From an uncultured Bacteroidaceae bacterium (GTDB lineage: Bacteria > Bacteroidota > Bacteroidia > Bacteroidales > GCA-2748055): 64,000 bases of DNA. Shown one piece after another: positions 37,710 through 48,009 of this stretch. The first letter of the stretch is position 1, and each line of letters starts with the position of its first letter. The translations under genes and the position numbers were made by a program. Where the stretch lies: the NCBI GenBank assembly GCA_964426915.1, contig CAYRTD010000003.1:67-64066 (forward strand), in the 5' to 3' direction. The notes below the pieces were generated by a model, which had not been told where the DNA came from, did no database searches, and worked only from the letters and a program-made list of their open reading frames with translations.

Positions 37710-39123
37710 GCCCCAGTTCCCTGGCTTTTTCCATCATATACTTCCAGGCGTCATCATAGCTGTTTGATATCTCTCCTTCAAGAATAGCTTCTTTTATGGA
37801 ATTTTTTATTTTACCAACCATAGGCCCCGGCTCTATATCTAAAGTACTCATTATCTCTTCTCCACTTACCGGAGGCTGAAAATTGCGAATGGAATCTTTT
37901 TCCTCAATTTCTTTCATCTTTTTTCGCACCTTCCCGAAGTTTCGAAGATATCGCTTAACTTTTTTCTCATTTTTAGAGGTAATATCAGCTTCGCAGAGTA
38001 ACATAAGATCTTCGATATCTTCGCCAGCTTCGTACAATAATCTCCGGATAGCAGCATCTGAAACATTTTCTTCTACGAGGGCAATGGGCCGTAAATGTAA
38101 CTGAACTATTTTCTGCACATATTTCATCTTTTCATTGAGGGGTAGTTTCATCCGGCGAAAAATTCCGGGGATCATTTTCATGCCCAGATATTCATGTCCA
38201 TGGAATGTCCATCCCGAATCGGGGTCAAATTCTTTCGTGAGGGGTTTGGCAATATCATGTAAAACGGCCGCCCATCGCAACCATAAACTATTACTTTTTT
38301 TTGCAACATTATCAAGAACTTCCAGAGTGTGTTTAAAGTTGTCTTTGTGCTTCATTCCCTCTCTGCTTTCCACTCCTTTCAGCCGGTGGAATTCGGGAAA
38401 GATGATTTCCAGTAATCCGCATTTCTCCAGAAGGTAAAAACCCCTGGAAGGCTTATTGCTCATAATGATCTTATTCAGTTCGTCGCTAATCCTTTCACCG
38501 GAAATTATTTTGATCCTTTCTTTATTCTTTTCTATGGCATAGAAACAGTTTTTATCGATTTCGAAATCCAGCTGGCTTGCAAATCTGATGGCTCTCATCA
38601 TTCTTAGAGGATCATCTGAAAAGGTTCGACCGGGGTCAAGGGGAGTGCGGATAACCCCATTTCTGAGGTCTTTTTCCCCATCAAAAGGATCTTCCAGTTG
38701 ACCAAAACTTTCGGGAAGGAGTGAAAAAGCCATTGCGTTTATGGTGAAATCCCTTCGCTTCTGATCATCTTCCAGGCTCCCGTTTTCAACGATGGGTTTA
38801 CGGGAATCTCTCCTGTACGATTCTTTTCTGGCCCCGACAAATTCGATTTCCCTGTTATTATGCCTGAACATGGCTGTCCCGAAATTTTTAAAATAACTCA
38901 CTTTTTTCTTACCCAGCCTTGCTGCCAGTTCCTTCGCAAAGTCTATTCCACTGCCGGTTACCACAATATCAATATCCTTGCTTTCCTTGCCAAGGAGGCA
39001 ATCTCTGACAAACCCGCCTATCACGTATGCTTCCTGATTTAACTGTTCGCAAAGCCCGGATATGACTTTGAAAATATTATCATTGAGACATTTGTTCATA
39101 TGTAGATATGACAATTTGATCAA
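37693..39123 (-). CDS. CCA-adding tRNA nucleotidyltransferase / poly(A) polymerase family protein with an HD domain
   Basis: Motifs GGFVRDCLLGKESKDIDIVV, RRDFTINAMA and the HD motif HDIAKP. Confidence 0.88.
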   Translation of the reverse strand: MIKLSYLHMNKCLNDNIFKVISGLCEQLNQEAYVIGGFVRDCLLGKESKDIDIVVTGSGIDFAKELAARLGKKKVSYFKNFGTAMFRHNNREIEFVGARKESYRRDSRKPIVENGSLEDDQKRRDFTINAMAFSLLPESFGQLEDPFDGEKDLRNGVIRTPLDPGRTFSDDPLRMMRAIRFASQLDFEIDKNCFYAIEKNKERIKIISGERISDELNKIIMSNKPSRGFYLLEKCGLLEIIFPEFHRLKGVESREGMKHKDNFKHTLEVLDNVAKKSNSLWLRWAAVLHDIAKPLTKEFDPDSGWTFHGHEYLGMKMIPGIFRRMKLPLNEKMKYVQKIVQLHLRPIALVEENVSDAAIRRLLYEAGEDIEDLMLLCEADITSKNEKKVKRYLRNFGKVRKKMKEIEEKDSIRNFQPPVSGEEIMSTLDIEPGPMVGKIKNSIKEAILEGEISNSYDDAWKYMMEKARELGLKKKE

Positions 39124-39266
39124 ATTTCATGACAAAATTACAATTATTTGCTAAGTAAGAGAATTTTCAGAGCTTTTAATCTAATGGTATGAATTTTGGA
39201 CAGTAATTTAAAGTACATTTATATGTATAAATATTTTGATAATTTGTAACACTAAATAATAAAGTA

Positions 39267-39623
39267 ATGATTGAACATTTAACGGCAGATAGTTTTAAAG
39301 AAAAAGTTTTCGATTACGGTGAGAACAAAGAATGGAAATTCGAAGGAGATAAACCCTGTATGATTGATTTTTACGCCGACTGGTGTCAGCCATGTAAAAT
39401 GGTAGCCCCCATTCTGGAAGAACTTCAGGAGGAATATGAGGGAAAGCTGAATATCTACAAGATAGATACAGAATCTGAAAGAGAACTTGCTGGGATCTTC
39501 GGTATTCAAAGCATACCTTCTCTTTTGTTTGTTCCAAAAGATGGACAGCCTCAGATGGCAATGGGTGCTCTTCCCAAAGAAACCTTTCAGAAAGCAATTA
39601 AAGATGTGTTAAACGTAGAGTAA
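39267..39623 (+). CDS. trxA: Thioredoxin
   Basis: 118 aa. Active site in DFYADWCQPCKMVAP (WCxPC), with typical thioredoxin length and C-terminal pattern. Confidence 0.9.
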   Translation: MIEHLTADSFKEKVFDYGENKEWKFEGDKPCMIDFYADWCQPCKMVAPILEELQEEYEGKLNIYKIDTESERELAGIFGIQSIPSLLFVPKDGQPQMAMGALPKETFQKAIKDVLNVE

Positions 39624-39670
39624 TTGTTTTTCGACATGATTTCTGTCTTGTCCGGCAAGGCAGTAAAAAA

Positions 39671-39701
39671 AGTCACTTCATTTTTGAAGTGGCTTTTTTT
39701 T
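39671..39701 (+). terminator. Rho-independent terminator after the thioredoxin gene
   Basis: AGTCACTTCA-TTTT-TGAAGTGGCT followed by T8. An A-run precedes the stem. Confidence 0.7.
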
Positions 39702-39861
39702 ATACCATTCAGGATTTCCCATGCAGGAAGCTGGTTCTGAAAAGAGAATGACGGGGGAAAGGATTAAATTTGACAATAAAGCATTGTGAATGAATAATCC
39801 ATTCATGCCAAAATTCTTTTTGCATAACAAAAGATTTTCTTACTTTTGAACTGAAATTATG

Positions 39862-39958
39862 TTCAACCTCTCTAAGGGGGTGCCTTATAAATACGGGCTG
39901 AGATCATACCCTTAGAACCTGATCCGGGTAATTCCGGCGAAGGGAAATTTGGAGAAAT
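39862..39958 (+). promoter_or_regulatory. TPP (thiamine pyrophosphate) riboswitch, THI element
   Basis: The sequence GGGGTGCC..GGGCTGAGATCATACCCTTAGAACCTGATCCGGGTAATTCCGGCGAAGGGAA carries the conserved GGGGUGC, CUGAGA, ACCCUU.GAACCUGAUC.GG.UAAU.CC.GCG.AGGGA cores of the TPP aptamer. It ends about 35 nt before the TonB-receptor start. Boundaries are approximate. Confidence 0.85.
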
Positions 39959-39990
39959 CAATTGAAACACACTTTTAAATCTATTTAATT

Positions 39991-42417
39991 ATGTACAGAA
40001 CTGTAATGGTGTCTGTAATGTCATTATTTATGGCATTGCAACTATACGGACAATATTCGTTTTCCGGGAAAGTAACAGATGAAGATGGAAAGGCACTTAT
40101 CGGCGCCAATATTTCATTTACGGACAATTATCTTGGTACGATAACCGATAAAAATGGTGATTTTATTTTTAAAAATATCAGGAAGGGTACTTATGAACTT
40201 CAGGTTTCTTATGTGGGTTATAAAACCTTGACCACTACCCTCAGTATTGAAAAGCATATTACCCGGACATTTACACTTGAAAGATCACCCTATCTTGTTG
40301 AAGAGGTAATTGTGAGAGGATTACGTGCTGGTTATAACGACCCCGTTACTTCAGAAACATTGAACCGGGAGTACATAGAGAAGAGAAATATTATGAAGGA
40401 CATTCCCTTTATTTTAAAGCATAGCCCTTCCATGGTCACAAGTTCGGATGCAGGACACAGCGTGGGTTATACCAGCTTTAGAATAAGGGGGACAGATGCC
40501 AACCGGATTAATATAACCGTTGACGGAGTTCCTTTGAATGATGCAGAATCTCATGGCGTCTGGTGGGTAAATATGCCCGATTTTGCATCCTCGGTGGAAA
40601 ATGTTCAGATTCAGCGTGGTGTTGGAACATCTACTAATGGTTCTGCAGCTTTTGGCGCAAGCTTAAACTTCAGGACCAATGAACTGAGAAATGAGGCGTA
40701 TGCCGATGCCAATTCAGCCTACGGTAGTTTTAATACAAGAAAGAACTCTCTTAATGTAGGTTCCGGAATGATCAATGATAAATTATCTTTTGATCTGAGA
40801 CTATCGGAAATGCACAGCGATGGATATATTGAAAGGGCAGAGGCCGATCTGCAGTCTATGTTTCTGTCTGCCGGACATTACAGTGAAAAAACCATCCTGA
40901 AGTTCAACATGATGATGGGAAATGAAAAGACCTATCAGGCCTGGGATGGTGTGCCGGGCTATATGCTTGAAGAAAACAGGCGTTATAACGGCATAGGCAT
41001 GTATACCGACGAAGATGGGGAGGTTCATTATTATGATAATGAAACTGATAATTACCGCCAGGATCATTATCATCTTCATTTTTCTCAGGAGCTTAGTCCT
41101 GTTCTTTGGTTCAATTCCACTGTTCATTATACCAAAGGGCGAGGGTATTATGAACAATATAAGGAAGAAGAATCATTGAAAGATTATCTTCTCCCTGAAA
41201 TTGTCATAGGTGACAGTATTATTACAAGTACCGACCTCATCAGGCAAAAGTGGCTTGACAATGATTATTACGGAGCAGTGATGTCACTGAACCTAAAAGA
41301 AGAAAATTTCGATCTGAATGTAGGAGGTGGTATAAACCATTATATCGGAGATCATTTCGGAGAGGTGATATGGTCACGCTATGCAGGAGTTTCAGAAATC
41401 CGCCACCGTTGGTACGAGAATACAGGATATAAAAAGGATTATAATATCTACACCAAAATCAACTACAGATTGAGGAACAATATTCACCTGTTTACCGATC
41501 TGCAGTTAAGAGGAATAAATTATAATATTGAAGGTGTGGACGATGATTTGAGAGATATTGGGCAGGAACATGATTTCTTCTTTTTTAATCCGAAATTCGG
41601 ACTCAATTACCGGCCGGATAACAAACAACGTATGTATTTTTCCTTTGCTGTGGCAAATCGTGAACCAAACCGGACAAATTTTGTGGATGCTGATCCGAAT
41701 CAACCTTTACCTGTGCATGAAACGCTCTTTGATTATGAACTGGGTTACGAGATCAGCGAAAGGAATTTCCGTTCAAATGTAAATTTCTATTATATGGATT
41801 ACCGTGATCAGCTTGTTCTTACAGGTGAGATTAATGATGTAGGTTCTGCTATAATGACAAATGTGGATAATAGTTACAGACTTGGGATTGAAATTGCAGC
41901 CGGTATAAGATTGAATAATTCTATACGCTGGGAGGGGAACCTTACACTCAGCAAGAACAGAATCAGGAATATGGTCAGTTTTCTTGATAATTGGGATTAC
42001 TGGAGTGATACAACAGGAACACAAAATATACAGATCAGGGAAGAACATGGAGATACAGACATTGCATTTTCTCCAGAAATTGTAGCTTCCAGCATTTTCA
42101 GGTATAGTCTTCTGGAAGGGATGGAAATCAGTCTTCAAACCAAATATGTGGGTAAGCAATATATAGATAATACGGAATCTGAAGACCGGAAACTGGACCC
42201 CTGGCTGATAAATGATCTTTTGATAGACTACCGGATCCCTGTACGCTTTGCCAGGGAATTCAGTATCAATATGCTGATAGCCAATATTACCGATCATAAG
42301 TATGAATCCAACGCATGGGTATACAGGTATTATTATCAGGGGAATGAGCAGGCTATCAATGGTTTTTATCCCCAGGCGGGAATTCATTTTATGGCTGGAA
42401 TTAAGATTGGCTTCTAA
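39991..42417 (+). CDS. TonB-dependent outer-membrane receptor with a CarboxypepD_reg-like N-terminal domain (riboswitch-controlled, probable thiamine or precursor uptake)
   Basis: 808 aa. N-terminal domain FSGKVTDEDGKALIGANISF..GTYELQVSYVGYKT, plug domain (FRIRGTDANRINITVDGVPLND), and a beta-barrel ending with an aromatic C-terminus (..GIKIGF). Confidence 0.88.
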   Translation: MYRTVMVSVMSLFMALQLYGQYSFSGKVTDEDGKALIGANISFTDNYLGTITDKNGDFIFKNIRKGTYELQVSYVGYKTLTTTLSIEKHITRTFTLERSPYLVEEVIVRGLRAGYNDPVTSETLNREYIEKRNIMKDIPFILKHSPSMVTSSDAGHSVGYTSFRIRGTDANRINITVDGVPLNDAESHGVWWVNMPDFASSVENVQIQRGVGTSTNGSAAFGASLNFRTNELRNEAYADANSAYGSFNTRKNSLNVGSGMINDKLSFDLRLSEMHSDGYIERAEADLQSMFLSAGHYSEKTILKFNMMMGNEKTYQAWDGVPGYMLEENRRYNGIGMYTDEDGEVHYYDNETDNYRQDHYHLHFSQELSPVLWFNSTVHYTKGRGYYEQYKEEESLKDYLLPEIVIGDSIITSTDLIRQKWLDNDYYGAVMSLNLKEENFDLNVGGGINHYIGDHFGEVIWSRYAGVSEIRHRWYENTGYKKDYNIYTKINYRLRNNIHLFTDLQLRGINYNIEGVDDDLRDIGQEHDFFFFNPKFGLNYRPDNKQRMYFSFAVANREPNRTNFVDADPNQPLPVHETLFDYELGYEISERNFRSNVNFYYMDYRDQLVLTGEINDVGSAIMTNVDNSYRLGIEIAAGIRLNNSIRWEGNLTLSKNRIRNMVSFLDNWDYWSDTTGTQNIQIREEHGDTDIAFSPEIVASSIFRYSLLEGMEISLQTKYVGKQYIDNTESEDRKLDPWLINDLLIDYRIPVRFAREFSINMLIANITDHKYESNAWVYRYYYQGNEQAINGFYPQAGIHFMAGIKIGF

Positions 42418-42593
42418 TCAGAAAACTTTTTGCGCTTTCTATTCGTAGAAAAATACCATAAGCTGGATCTTTTATGCATATTCTTGTTGAGATTCATTCT
42501 GAATTATAATAATAGATAGTTAACCCGTACTTCATATTATCGGGTTTTACTATTTTTCAGGCATAAAGCTGAAATTATTTCAAACCACCAATA

Positions 42594-45500
42594 ATGAGCA
42601 TTAAAAGTCTGAAGGTATTGATTTTCGAAGACGATCCCCTGGATGTTCAACTCAATATCGCTGAACTTCAGAAAGAAAATCCACAGGCAGAGGTAAAAAC
42701 TACTGCCAGGGAAAAGGAATTTAAGTCGTTAATTGATAGTTTTAAACCTGACATTATATTATCAGATTACAATCTCCCCGGATTCGACGGTCTTGATGCT
42801 CTCAATTATGTTAGGGAAAATTTCCCTCTTCTCCCCATCATTATAGTTACAGGATCACTTGATGAGGAAACAGCCGCCAACTGCATAAAAAAAGGCGCAT
42901 GGGATTATGTGCTGAAGGAGCACATTTTCAGGTTGAATCCGGCCATTGACCTTGCCATACAACATCGGGATGAGAAGATAAAACTCAGAAATGCTGAAGA
43001 GAAAGTTCTGGAAAGCGAAGCTATTTACAGAAGGCTTATTAATAGCATTGAAACAGGGATAATTCTCCTTGATCTGGATATGAAGATTATTTTTAGTAAT
43101 GAAAAGGCTGAAAAAATACTTTCAAGAAAAAAAGATAGTCTGTCGGGAAAAAAGTTTTTCGAAACGCTTCATTTTAGCAGAAGCCTGCATTCACAAAAGA
43201 TAATATCAGAATCGGAAATTATAAATTATTCTGAAAGTTTTAAGAATACAAATGATGATCAGGAGCTTATCTACCGGCCTGAGAACTCAGAGTTTGTTAA
43301 ATGGGTTAATTTAAGTACCATACCTTTACTGAATAAGCAAAATGACCTTGAGGAAATACTTGTATGTTTTAATGATATCTCTGAAAAGAAGGTCATAGAA
43401 TCGGAATTACTGGATTCTGAATCGCGTTATGAAGTTATTTTTGATTCGGTCAATGACGGTATTTTTCTTTATGACCCGGATGATTTTTCTCTTTTAGATG
43501 TGAATGAAGCGGTTGTCAGGATGTTCGGGTATTCCAGGAAGGAAATTCTGAATATGACAATTGGGGAACTGAGTGACAAAGAAAGTGGTTATACAAGTCC
43601 CGAAGCCAGGAAATATGCAAAAGTTGCCTTAAAGGGTGGTGTACAGACTGCTGAATGGCTGGCGAAAGATAAGAAAGGGCGGCGGTTCTGGATATTTGTT
43701 ATTCTGAAAATGCTCAATATTGGCAGCAAGCCTGTGCTTATGGGTATTGTCAGGGATATAGATGAACAGAAAAAAATCCAGAATTCCCTGCAAAAAAGTC
43801 AGGAACATTTCAGGGCGCTTACCGACAATTCTCCTGATGTGATCATGAGGTTTGACAAGCAGAGAAGACATATTTTTGTTAATGATAAGGTTCATACCGT
43901 ACTGGGAATAGAACCAGAAATATTTCTTAATAAGACACATCATGAAATGGGTGTGTTTCCTGAAGAGCTTTGTAATTTCTGGGAAGATAATATTAATAAG
44001 GTTTTCAAAAACGGGGCCTCACACACTGTCGAATTTTCACTGCAGGGAAAGGATTCTACTATTGATGTCGAATGGAGATTATTCCCTGAATTCGATGAAA
44101 AGGAAAAAGTTGAGAGTGTGGTGGGGGTTGCCCGGGATATATCCGGAAGTAAAAGACATGAGGTAGTTCAGAATGTGCTTATTGAGATAGCAAATTCTGT
44201 TAATAATACCAGAAATCTGAATGAACTGTTTGTGCAAATACAAAAATCGCTTGGCACCATAATAGATACAAGAAATTGTTATGTAGCCATGTATGATGAA
44301 AAATCCGATACGATTACGCTCCCTTTTCATCAGGATGAGAAGGATACATTTCAGGAGTTTCCTGCTGGAAAAACCCTTACTGGTTATGTGATAAAAACAG
44401 GTAAATCCCAGCTCGTTGATATGGAGAGAACCGCAGAGCTGGAAAAAAATGAGGATATTGAGCCAATCGGAGCTCCTTCTGTTTCCTGGTTGGGTGTGCC
44501 ATTGCGAATTGCTGATAAAATTATAGGTGTATTTGTGGTGCAAAGTTACACCGAAGATATCCTGTTTACTTTAGATGATGTACAGCTGCTTGAATTTGTG
44601 TCTGATCAGATCGCCCTTGCCATTGAAAGAAAGATTGATCAGGATAAATTGAAGAATAATCAGCTGCGACAAAGAAGAATAATCGAATCCTCACCTGATG
44701 GCCTGGTAGTTATTGATATGAACGGGCGTGTGCTGGATTGTAATTCTATTTTCCTTGAGTTACTTAAACTGGGAAGTAAAAATATTGAAGATAGAAACTT
44801 TTTTGATTTTGTTGCTGATGAAGATGTAATAAAGGTTCAAAATATTCTTAATGAGACACTGAAAACATCTTATTACAAGGATTTTGAATTTATTATGAAG
44901 AGGACTAATGGTTCACGGTTTTTTACTGAAACCAGTTTTGGGCTTATTCATGGGAACGAAGAGGACGAAGGAAACTTTGTTATTGTTATTAAGAATATTG
45001 ACGAGCGAAAGGTCTACGAAGATAACCTGAAAATTGCCAAGGAAAAAGCCGAAGAATCGGATCGCCTGAAAACGGCTTTCCTGTCGAATATGTCGCACGA
45101 AATCCGGACTCCGATGAATGCCATAATCGGATTCGCCGAGTTGCTTTCAAGACTTAAGACCTCAGATGAGGAAAAGTATGAATATGTTCGGCAAATTAAC
45201 TTTGCCGCCGATACTCTTATGAAACTCATAGATGATATTATAGATATTTCCAAGATCGAGTCGGGTCAGTTGAGAATGAATCCTTCCCTGTTTCTTTTGA
45301 ATCCCCTGCTGGATGAAATGATGTCAATGTTCCGTAAAGTCCTTGACAGGCAGAATAAATCCCATATTGATTTAATTATCAGAAATCATTGCGATATCAA
45401 GGGAATACAATTACATGCAGATGATTTTCGTTTACGCCAGGTCTTTACCAATCTATTGAGCAACGCTATCAAATTCACCAGTAAGGGCAGTATTCTATTC

Positions 45501-46196
45501 GGAGTCAAATCATCTGAAAATGGTATAATTACTTTTTATGTAAAAGACAGTGGTGTAGGTATCAGTAATGAAAAACAAAAGTTTATTTTCGACAGGTTCA
45601 GGCAGGGACATGAAAACAAGGAGAGTTTTTACGGAGGGACTGGTCTTGGACTGGCGATATCAAAAAATATCATTGAATTGATGGGGGGTGATATCGGAGT
45701 GCGATCTGAGGTAAACAGGGGATCAGAATTTTTCTTTTCCATTCCCTATGATGGTAAACATCTGAATGTACCTGATGAGAAAGTTAGTATCGACCGTAGT
45801 CCGCTCGACTGGAGTAGCAAAACTTTTTTGATAGCGGAAGATGATCCTTCCAATTTTTATTTACTGAAGGAAAATCTGAAAAAATATAAGGTTAATATTC
45901 TCTGGGCAAAAAACGGGAATGAAGCGATTGAAATATTCTCACAGAACAAGGATGATATCAGTATTGTGCTGATGGATGTCCAAATGCCCGAAATAAACGG
46001 TTACGAAGCCACAAGGCTCATAAAGGAAATGAAACCAGAAGTTCCGGTAATTGCCCAGACTGCCTATGCTCTTGCCGGAGAAAGAGATGCCAGCAGAAGG
46101 GCCGGCTGTGACGACTACATATCCAAGCCGCTGATGATGAAGGAGTTGCTTTTTATCCTCAATAAATTCCTCGATAATGAGAAGATGAATGAATAA
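42594..46196 (+). CDS. Hybrid sensor histidine kinase/response regulator (REC-PAS x several-GAF-PAS-HisKA-HATPase-REC), apparently cytoplasmic
   Basis: 1200 aa. N-terminal receiver (VLIFEDDPLD..SDYNLPGFDG), PAS-like repeats, GAF-like region, H-box SHEIRTPMNAI, G boxes DSGVGI and GTGLGLAISK, and a C-terminal receiver (LIAEDDPSN..MDVQMPEINGYE). No obvious TM helices. Confidence 0.9.
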   Translation: MSIKSLKVLIFEDDPLDVQLNIAELQKENPQAEVKTTAREKEFKSLIDSFKPDIILSDYNLPGFDGLDALNYVRENFPLLPIIIVTGSLDEETAANCIKKGAWDYVLKEHIFRLNPAIDLAIQHRDEKIKLRNAEEKVLESEAIYRRLINSIETGIILLDLDMKIIFSNEKAEKILSRKKDSLSGKKFFETLHFSRSLHSQKIISESEIINYSESFKNTNDDQELIYRPENSEFVKWVNLSTIPLLNKQNDLEEILVCFNDISEKKVIESELLDSESRYEVIFDSVNDGIFLYDPDDFSLLDVNEAVVRMFGYSRKEILNMTIGELSDKESGYTSPEARKYAKVALKGGVQTAEWLAKDKKGRRFWIFVILKMLNIGSKPVLMGIVRDIDEQKKIQNSLQKSQEHFRALTDNSPDVIMRFDKQRRHIFVNDKVHTVLGIEPEIFLNKTHHEMGVFPEELCNFWEDNINKVFKNGASHTVEFSLQGKDSTIDVEWRLFPEFDEKEKVESVVGVARDISGSKRHEVVQNVLIEIANSVNNTRNLNELFVQIQKSLGTIIDTRNCYVAMYDEKSDTITLPFHQDEKDTFQEFPAGKTLTGYVIKTGKSQLVDMERTAELEKNEDIEPIGAPSVSWLGVPLRIADKIIGVFVVQSYTEDILFTLDDVQLLEFVSDQIALAIERKIDQDKLKNNQLRQRRIIESSPDGLVVIDMNGRVLDCNSIFLELLKLGSKNIEDRNFFDFVADEDVIKVQNILNETLKTSYYKDFEFIMKRTNGSRFFTETSFGLIHGNEEDEGNFVIVIKNIDERKVYEDNLKIAKEKAEESDRLKTAFLSNMSHEIRTPMNAIIGFAELLSRLKTSDEEKYEYVRQINFAADTLMKLIDDIIDISKIESGQLRMNPSLFLLNPLLDEMMSMFRKVLDRQNKSHIDLIIRNHCDIKGIQLHADDFRLRQVFTNLLSNAIKFTSKGSILFGVKSSENGIITFYVKDSGVGISNEKQKFIFDRFRQGHENKESFYGGTGLGLAISKNIIELMGGDIGVRSEVNRGSEFFFSIPYDGKHLNVPDEKVSIDRSPLDWSSKTFLIAEDDPSNFYLLKENLKKYKVNILWAKNGNEAIEIFSQNKDDISIVLMDVQMPEINGYEATRLIKEMKPEVPVIAQTAYALAGERDASRRAGCDDYISKPLMMKELLFILNKFLDNEKMNE

Positions 46197-47853
46197 AATC
46201 CGGTATTTAGTAATTCTTTTATTTGTTTTTCAGGCTTGTGAAGAATCTGAGAATTCTCAAAACCTGAATGTTTTCCGTTATAATGAATCGAGGGGGATCG
46301 TTTCTCTTGATCCGGCATTTGCACGTGATCAGACTATGATCTGGCCAGCAGTACAGATTTTTAATGGTCTTGTTCAGATGGATAATGATCTGAACGTTGT
46401 ACCTTCGATTGCAAAAGCATGGGATATTAGCAGAGACGGGCTCGTTTATACTTTTTATTTGCGCGATGATGTTTTCTTTCATGATCATACGGTTTTTCCA
46501 AACGGGAAAGGCAGGAGGGTAAGAGCCCGGGATTTTGAATTCAGTTTTTCAAGGATACTGGATCCGGCTATCGCATCTCCGGGATTCTGGATCTTTAATA
46601 AACTTGATCGAAATGTTGATAATTCAGGTCAGGGTTTTAAAGCATTAAATGACTCAACCTTCCAGATATATTTGTCGGAAGCTTTCCCGCCTTTCCTTGG
46701 TATACTTACTATGCCTTATTGTTCTGTGCTTCCTTTTGAATTAAAGGATAATAAAGAAATTGATATTTCCTCGGAACCTATTGGCACTGGTCCTTTTAGC
46801 TTTAAATTATGGAGAAGGGATGAGAAACTGATACTGGTAAAAAATGAACGGTATTTTGAAAGAGACAGTTCTGGTGAAAGGCTACCCTATCTTGATGCTG
46901 TTTCCATTAGTTTTATCAAGGACAGACAATCGGAATTCATGGAATTTTTGCTTGGAAATCTTGATTTTTTGTCGGGTCTGCATGCTGCTTATAAGGATGA
47001 ATTAACAACTAGAAGCGGAAAATTGAATCCTCTGTACAAAGACCGTTTTCATATGGAAACCGAAGCTTATCTGAATACGGAATATCTTGGATTTTTGCAT
47101 GATGAGGATAAGCTCGGGATAAGTGATAATCCTATTAGTAATTTGTACATTCGAAAAGCCATAAATTTCGGTTTTGACCGCTCGAAAATGCTCAGGTATC
47201 TGCGAAATAATATGGGTACACCTGCAATTTTCGGCTTTCTCCCATCCGGTTTGCCTTTCCATGAACAGACAAAAATAAGAGGATATGATTATTTTCCTGA
47301 TTCTGTCCGGTATTATCTTGAAAAAGCCGGATATCCGGGGGGGAACGGCCTTTCTGAAATAAACCTCACTACTACTTCCGACTATCTTGATCTGTGTGAA
47401 TTTATTCAATACGAACTTTCTCGTTTTGGAATCCCTATCCAACTGGAAGTTGCAACAGGAGGAGCTTACAGGAATAAACTTGCGAACGGTCATCTTCCTT
47501 TTTTCCGGGGCTCCTGGATAGCAGATTATCCTGATCCAGAGAATTATCTTTCTTTATTTTATTCAGAGAACAGGAGTCCTGCGGGCCCGAATTATACACG
47601 CTTTGAAGATGCCCGTTATGACAGCCTTTATGTCCTTTCTCTAAAAACCCTGGATGAAAACAGAAGGAAGGAAATTCATAATCGTATGGATCAATATCTT
47701 ATGGACAGAGCAGTTATTGTACCGCTGTTTTACGATAAAGTGGTCCGATTTTACCCTGTATCGATAAAGAATTTCGAGGCGAATCCATTGAATTTGCTGG
47801 TACTGAAATCAGTAAGGAAGGAAATAAATAAAGAAGAAAAATCTGTCGATTAG
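46189..47853 (+). CDS. ABC-transporter family-5 (OppA/DppA-like) substrate-binding lipoprotein
   Basis: 554 aa. Lipobox LLFVFQAC, and blocks such as SLDPAFARDQ and GTGPFSFKLW are typical of SBP family 5. Overlaps the kinase gene by 8 nt. No permease or ATPase genes are adjacent. Confidence 0.82.
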   Translation: MNKIRYLVILLFVFQACEESENSQNLNVFRYNESRGIVSLDPAFARDQTMIWPAVQIFNGLVQMDNDLNVVPSIAKAWDISRDGLVYTFYLRDDVFFHDHTVFPNGKGRRVRARDFEFSFSRILDPAIASPGFWIFNKLDRNVDNSGQGFKALNDSTFQIYLSEAFPPFLGILTMPYCSVLPFELKDNKEIDISSEPIGTGPFSFKLWRRDEKLILVKNERYFERDSSGERLPYLDAVSISFIKDRQSEFMEFLLGNLDFLSGLHAAYKDELTTRSGKLNPLYKDRFHMETEAYLNTEYLGFLHDEDKLGISDNPISNLYIRKAINFGFDRSKMLRYLRNNMGTPAIFGFLPSGLPFHEQTKIRGYDYFPDSVRYYLEKAGYPGGNGLSEINLTTTSDYLDLCEFIQYELSRFGIPIQLEVATGGAYRNKLANGHLPFFRGSWIADYPDPENYLSLFYSENRSPAGPNYTRFEDARYDSLYVLSLKTLDENRRKEIHNRMDQYLMDRAVIVPLFYDKVVRFYPVSIKNFEANPLNLLVLKSVRKEINKEEKSVD

Positions 47854-48009
47854 CTTTTAGCCGGTTATTTATCCCCGCAGATATGATTTTTAATACTCAG
47901 ATGTTGAGCCCTATAATTTTATTTTTTGAAAAAATGTGTTATTCTGGTGTTACTTACTTACTCCTAATGGTATTAATATTTAAACCAATACTTAACCATC
48001 CAAACGAAT

